Shown in pieces: positions 59,930 through 64,000 of a stretch of 64,000 nt of DNA. Origin of the DNA: Vicugna vicugna (taxonomy: Eukaryota); the NCBI GenBank assembly GCA_013265495.1, contig MU062453.1, positions 2,142,484-2,206,483 on the forward strand, read 5' to 3'. The number at the start of each line of letters is the position of its first letter. The stretch's first letter is position 1. A model generated the notes under the pieces. That model searched no databases and was not told the origin of the DNA. It worked only from the letters and a program-made list of their open reading frames with translations. Position numbers and translations under genes: made by a program.

Positions 59930-60320
59930 GATTTTGCATCAGAACAAAACTCTCATTTATTTCTGGCTCATGCATCTGTGGACTTTGGGAGAAGCTACTG
60001 TTGATCTCATAATCTCAGAGGAGCCTCTGGGCAATGGGTTTGATTTAGATATGCCCCACATGGCACTCACTTCGGGGGGACTAGTGGGCTACCCAGGGCA
60101 TGTTCTTCTCATAGTGAAAGGCAGGAGCACAGGGGACTAGCCTCACTCCACTGGCACATTTCAAGCCTTTGTTTATTTCATGTCCACTAATATCCCGTTG
60201 GCCACAGCCAATCACGTAGCCTAGGGCAAAGGCAAGAGATGAAGTGCATCCCTTCCACAGAAGTGGAGGAGAGAGGGCACACATTTGCTCACCAATAACT
60301 GAGTCTGCCACAACCAGAAA
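59930..60320 (-). mobile_element. MLT1 (J-like) LTR fragment
   Basis: CATTTATTTCTGGCTCATG...GGGCATGTTCTTCTCATAG...ATCCCGTTGGCCACAGCCAATCACGTAGCC. Confidence 0.55.
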
Positions 60321-60356
60321 TACGTGAATACAGTTGCATTAAAAATTCAAACAAGA

Positions 60357-60471
60357 GTCGGGTGGGTATAGCTCCATGGTAGAGCACGTGCTTAGCATGC
60401 ATGTGGTCCTGGGTTCAATCCCCAGCACCTCCATTAAAAAAACAAATAAATAAAATAAGAAAAAAATTTTT
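60357..60471 (+). mobile_element. Vic-1-type SINE, short-tail form
   Basis: GGGTGGGTATAGCTCCATGGTAGAGCACGTGCTTAGCATGCATGTGGTCCTGGGTTCAATCCCCAGCACCTCCATTAAAA. TSD AAAAATTCAAACAAGA (60341-56) / AAAAATTTCAAACAAGA (60472-88). Confidence 0.85.
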
Positions 60472-60749
60472 AAAAATTTCAAACAAGAAAGTATAAAAGC
60501 ATAACAAGGGAGGAAAAGTCTTTACCATCCTCTCCATCCACCCCCACTCTCCAGCCAGACATGATCACCCATCAGTTTGGGCTGAATCCTGTCAGACTTT
60601 TTCCCACACTTTCACACACACACACAGGAAGTTTTTATTTTACACGTGGAGCTCACACTCTATGTATTTTCACATGACAATTATGAGGATCTAATTATTT
60701 AACTATTATATTGGCCCCATGATTAGGCTTTTTGAGTTGTCATTTTATG

Positions 60750-60926
60750 TTTTTTTTTAATTGAAACATAGTTGATTTACTATGTTGTATTAATTTTAGG
60801 CATGCAGCAAAGTGATTCAGTTATACATAAACATATATATATTCTTTTTCAGATTATTTTCCATTATAGGTTATTATAAGATATTTAATATAGTTCCCTG
60901 TGCTGTACAGTAGGTCCTTGTTTATC
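60750..60926 (-). mobile_element. L1 3' end (same family as 21412 and 57932)
   Basis: TTTTTAATTGAAACATAGTTGATTTAC...TAGTTCCCTGTGCTGTACAGTAGGTCCTTG. Confidence 0.8.
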
Positions 60927-61045
60927 TTTTTCACCACACCAGGTTTTATTTGTATTTGAGGCTGAAATCATGATTGTAGTTAATCCATAAAGAATATTTT
61001 GACCATTTCATTCAAATACATGTTTATAATTAGTGTATTATACTT

Positions 61046-61570
61046 TGTTTTTTTAATTCTCACTTTTTATTGAAGTGTAGTCGATTTACAATGTTCGTTT
61101 CAAGTGTATAGCAAAGCAATTCAGTTATACATAAACATACATATATATTTTTTTCATTTTCTTTTCCATTACGACTCACTATAAGAAATTGAATATAGTT
61201 CCCTATGCTCTACAGTAGGTCCTTGTTGTTTATCTATTTTGTATATAGTAATGTGTATCCTTTAATCCCAAACTCCTAACCTACCTGCCTCTTCCCCACT
61301 GCTAACCACGGTTTGTTTTCTATGTCCATGAGTCTATTTCTGGTTTGTAAATAAAATTTTGTATTTTTTTTAAGATTCCACATATAAGAGATATCATATA
61401 TCTGTCTGACTTACTTCACTTAATATGATCATCTCTAGGTCCATCCATCCACGTTGCTGTAAATGGCATTATTTCATTCTTTTTATGGGTGAGTAATATT
61501 CCATTATATATATACATACCACATCTTTATCCATTCATCGATGGACATTTAGGCTATTGTAAGTAGTGCT
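61046..61570 (-). mobile_element. L1 3' end (longer copy, same family)
   Basis: TTTTTATTGAAGTGTAGTCGATTTAC...GATTCCACATATAAG...CATCGATGGACATTTAGG. Confidence 0.82.
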
Positions 61571-61805
61571 GGAGTTGCCGTTTTGTAAATGAGGAATCTA
61601 AGGTGAAGATGCTCACCCAAGATCATCCACCTCGTAAACAGCTAAACCAGGATTCAAACCCAAGACTTGCCAAAAATTATTTTCATTACAGTGAGGCTGC
61701 CTCTATAAAATGGGGATTCAGCTGTGCCATAAAACTTGTTACCAGCCCACTATGCCTATCCTCTGGGATCACTGAGAAGGAAATGTGTACGTCTGTGACT
61801 GTGTT

Positions 61806-61844
61806 TGTGTGTGTGTGTGTGTGCGCGTGCGTGCGTGCGCATGC
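61806..61844. repeat. (TG)n/(GC)n alternating purine-pyrimidine tract
   Basis: TGTGTGTGTGTGTGTGTGCGCGTGCGTGCGTGCGCATGC, 39 bp of unbroken alternation. Confidence 0.9.
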
Positions 61845-62149
61845 TGAGAGTGAGTGAGTTTTAGGAAAAGGAAAAAGGAGTGTTCACTGTGACCAGACTG
61901 TGTTTGGAGCTTTGGGAGACATGATGTAGAGAAAAGATCCTCACCCTCAGGTCACCTATAATTAAGCCAAAGAAACAAGGAGTCTCTCTTGAGGCAGTTT
62001 AACAGCACAGCAAGATGTGCTGGTTGGAGAATTGGGTGCTGGAGGAGGACACGGACCTTAACTACATTCCTAGAAAATGGGAAGAATTTAGAAAAAGGAG
62101 CAAGGGGCAAGGACACATCCTGGCATGAATTGGGAACAGTGGTGATTGC

Positions 62150-63130
62150 TACACTCACAGGAAGCAGCAGGGGTGATGTGAGTTTTTCACCAGGGGGTTA
62201 ATTTAAATCGGGGTCAGGGAAAGCTTCTTGAGGAACTGACATTCAAGGAGAAACCTGAAGACTGGGTGGGAATTAGGCAAAGAATAAGGGAAGAGAGCGA
62301 AGATCAAGTGGGAAAGCCTTGACTGAAACTAGAGAGGGCTTGGGCATCAGAGGAAGAGAAAGGATTCCTGGGCAGTAAGGTAGAGGGTGGGAATGGAGGC
62401 AGGGAAGTGGTGTGAGTTAGGCTGGGCGGTCAGCTGGGGCAGGGTTTGCAGGGACTTTAGCTGATCTGCGAAGGCGGCTAAGAAGGGAGAAGTGTGGCGT
62501 GAACTTGAGCTGGTGCCAGAGGATGACTGCACGTTTATGTGACTGTGCAAGAATGATGTGGTGATCATATAAAAGAGCAAGGTCAGGGCAGTATGTGGCT
62601 CTGAATTAGGGCCAGGGTAGGTGCTATGTAAATTCTGTGATGATTCCGGATATGATTTAATCTGTTCAGGTCTGCAGCTAAAAATTCAAGGTTGCAAAAG
62701 GGTGCCTCAAATAGCAAAACTTGAGAAGCCCTTTGCATGGAGTTTGAACAAAGCACAAAAGAGACAAATTGTGATGTGTTTGTGGTGTGGAATAGAGGAA
62801 CAGATCGGGAAGTGATTAGCATTTGGAAGATGTCACAAGGTGACATCTGAGCTAGGTCTCAAGGAGTGAATGGGAGCTCACTAAGCAAGGACTGGGGGAA
62901 GGACACAGCAGGCAGAAGGCACAGCAGAGGCAAAGGCAGCATGTTCTGCGAGTGCCCGGCCAGAGACGGGAACAGGTCAGAGGGTATGAGCTCAGATTCC
63001 TGGAGGAGAAGGGCACAAGGGAACATTAGGTGGTTCAGCTGGGGGTGGGCTGTGCAGAGCCTGCCACACCAGACACGGGAGCTGAGGAGCAACAGGATCA
63101 GATGGTTCATGATATTCTGTTGGGCTCACT
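62150..63130 (-). mobile_element. Diverged L2 fragments
   Basis: GGTCAGGGAAAGCTTCTTGAGGAACTGACATT; AGGTGACATCTGAGCTAGGTCT; GCACAGCAGAGGCAAAGGC. Confidence 0.55.
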
Positions 63131-64000
63131 CTGTGCTCTCTCGCCCCAAGGGACTAGAATGAGACATTTGGGGCCTTTCTCCCCTCTTCCTCCACACAAA
63201 GACACACCTCTTGGGGAGGTCATGGTGGCAGATGGGGGTGACAGATCCTGTAATCCTATCCCCAATCCCTGGGTCAGGGAGCCCTTTCCCCAGTGGGCTC
63301 CAGCCTAAGTCTGCTGTTAAAACAGGTTGGAAAACTGTTTTTCTCATCCACCTGGCCTCAGGTAGATGGGATGGAAGCCAAGCAGAGTCCTCTGGAGACA
63401 GCTCTGGCTGCGGGATTGGCCCCTTAAAGGACACAAATGAAACCCAATTCAACATGAAAGATGGCGGAGGTGGCCAAGTGCTGATCTTATCAAGCTAACT
63501 CCTCCTTGGAATCAAAGAAAGGGAATAGAGCCTTCCTTGTTTTCTCTCCTTTTTCCTTGTTTTCTCTTCTTTTACGTCCTGGTTAATTGCCGGACAGGGG
63601 TCTGTGAGATGGCAGATGTCAGGGACTCTCAGACTGTAATCTGGCCTGGGAGGCAGGCAGGTTTCCCAGCCACCTGGATTTTTAACATTTTCTTGTTGGA
63701 AGTCACATCCTCAAGCAAACTGTTGAACACCATTTGGGGGAGGGACAGAAAAGGTAAAAGGCTGTTTTTGTGTAAAAGGAGTCTGTAATCTAGATAAAGG
63801 CAGGAAAAGAGGCACAGATTCTTTATTGATCTCACTCAACTGTAAGCTCGTTAGGAGCAAGGAACTAATCAAAGCCACCCTGGCATCTGTCTCTGGAACC
63901 AAGCACATAATGGGGCTCAATATACATGTCTTCTCATTCAGATTTCTTTTACTTGTATTAGAAACCCAGCTCAAAATAGCTTAAATGAAAAGTGAAACAC

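Noticed and set aside
1-64000. CRISPR arrays, operons, prokaryotic defence systems, intact retroviral gag/pol/env or intact L1 ORFs
   Set aside because: None seen; the sequence is mammalian intronic and intergenic DNA with only degenerate TE fragments.

Overview
Mammalian genomic DNA, not microbial. It is most likely camelid: there are three Vic-1-type tRNA-derived SINEs plus artiodactyl-type L1 3' ends. The only protein-coding sequence I can support is exon 1 of PREX1 (P-Rex1 Rac-GEF) on the minus strand: CDS 27425..27213, 71 codons, phase-0 GT donor, inside a ~1.5 kb CpG-island promoter. Positions 1-27212 are the proximal 27 kb of PREX1 intron 1 (I did not find exon 2). Positions ~27600-64000 are upstream sequence with no recognisable gene. 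Both flanks are packed with old L2, MIR, MLT1 and MER fragments, some younger L1 ends and SINEs, microsatellites and two N gaps. All other ORFs in the track look like noise from GC-rich DNA, repeats or gaps. I found no evidence for a novel multi-gene system. The best leads are regulatory: (1) two 6-codon uORFs in the PREX1 leader, one in frame with the CDS and separated from it by a single TGA; (2) a 532-bp solo ERV LTR with intact TATA, polyA signal and multiple CCAAT boxes, in PREX1 sense orientation 7.5 kb upstream; (3) an orphan CpG-island-like segment at ~41.5-41.9 kb; (4) a CTCF-like site plus a TFIIIC B-box at the intronic edge of the CpG island. Repeat family names come from recalled consensus similarity, not a database search, and most repeat boundaries are approximate.
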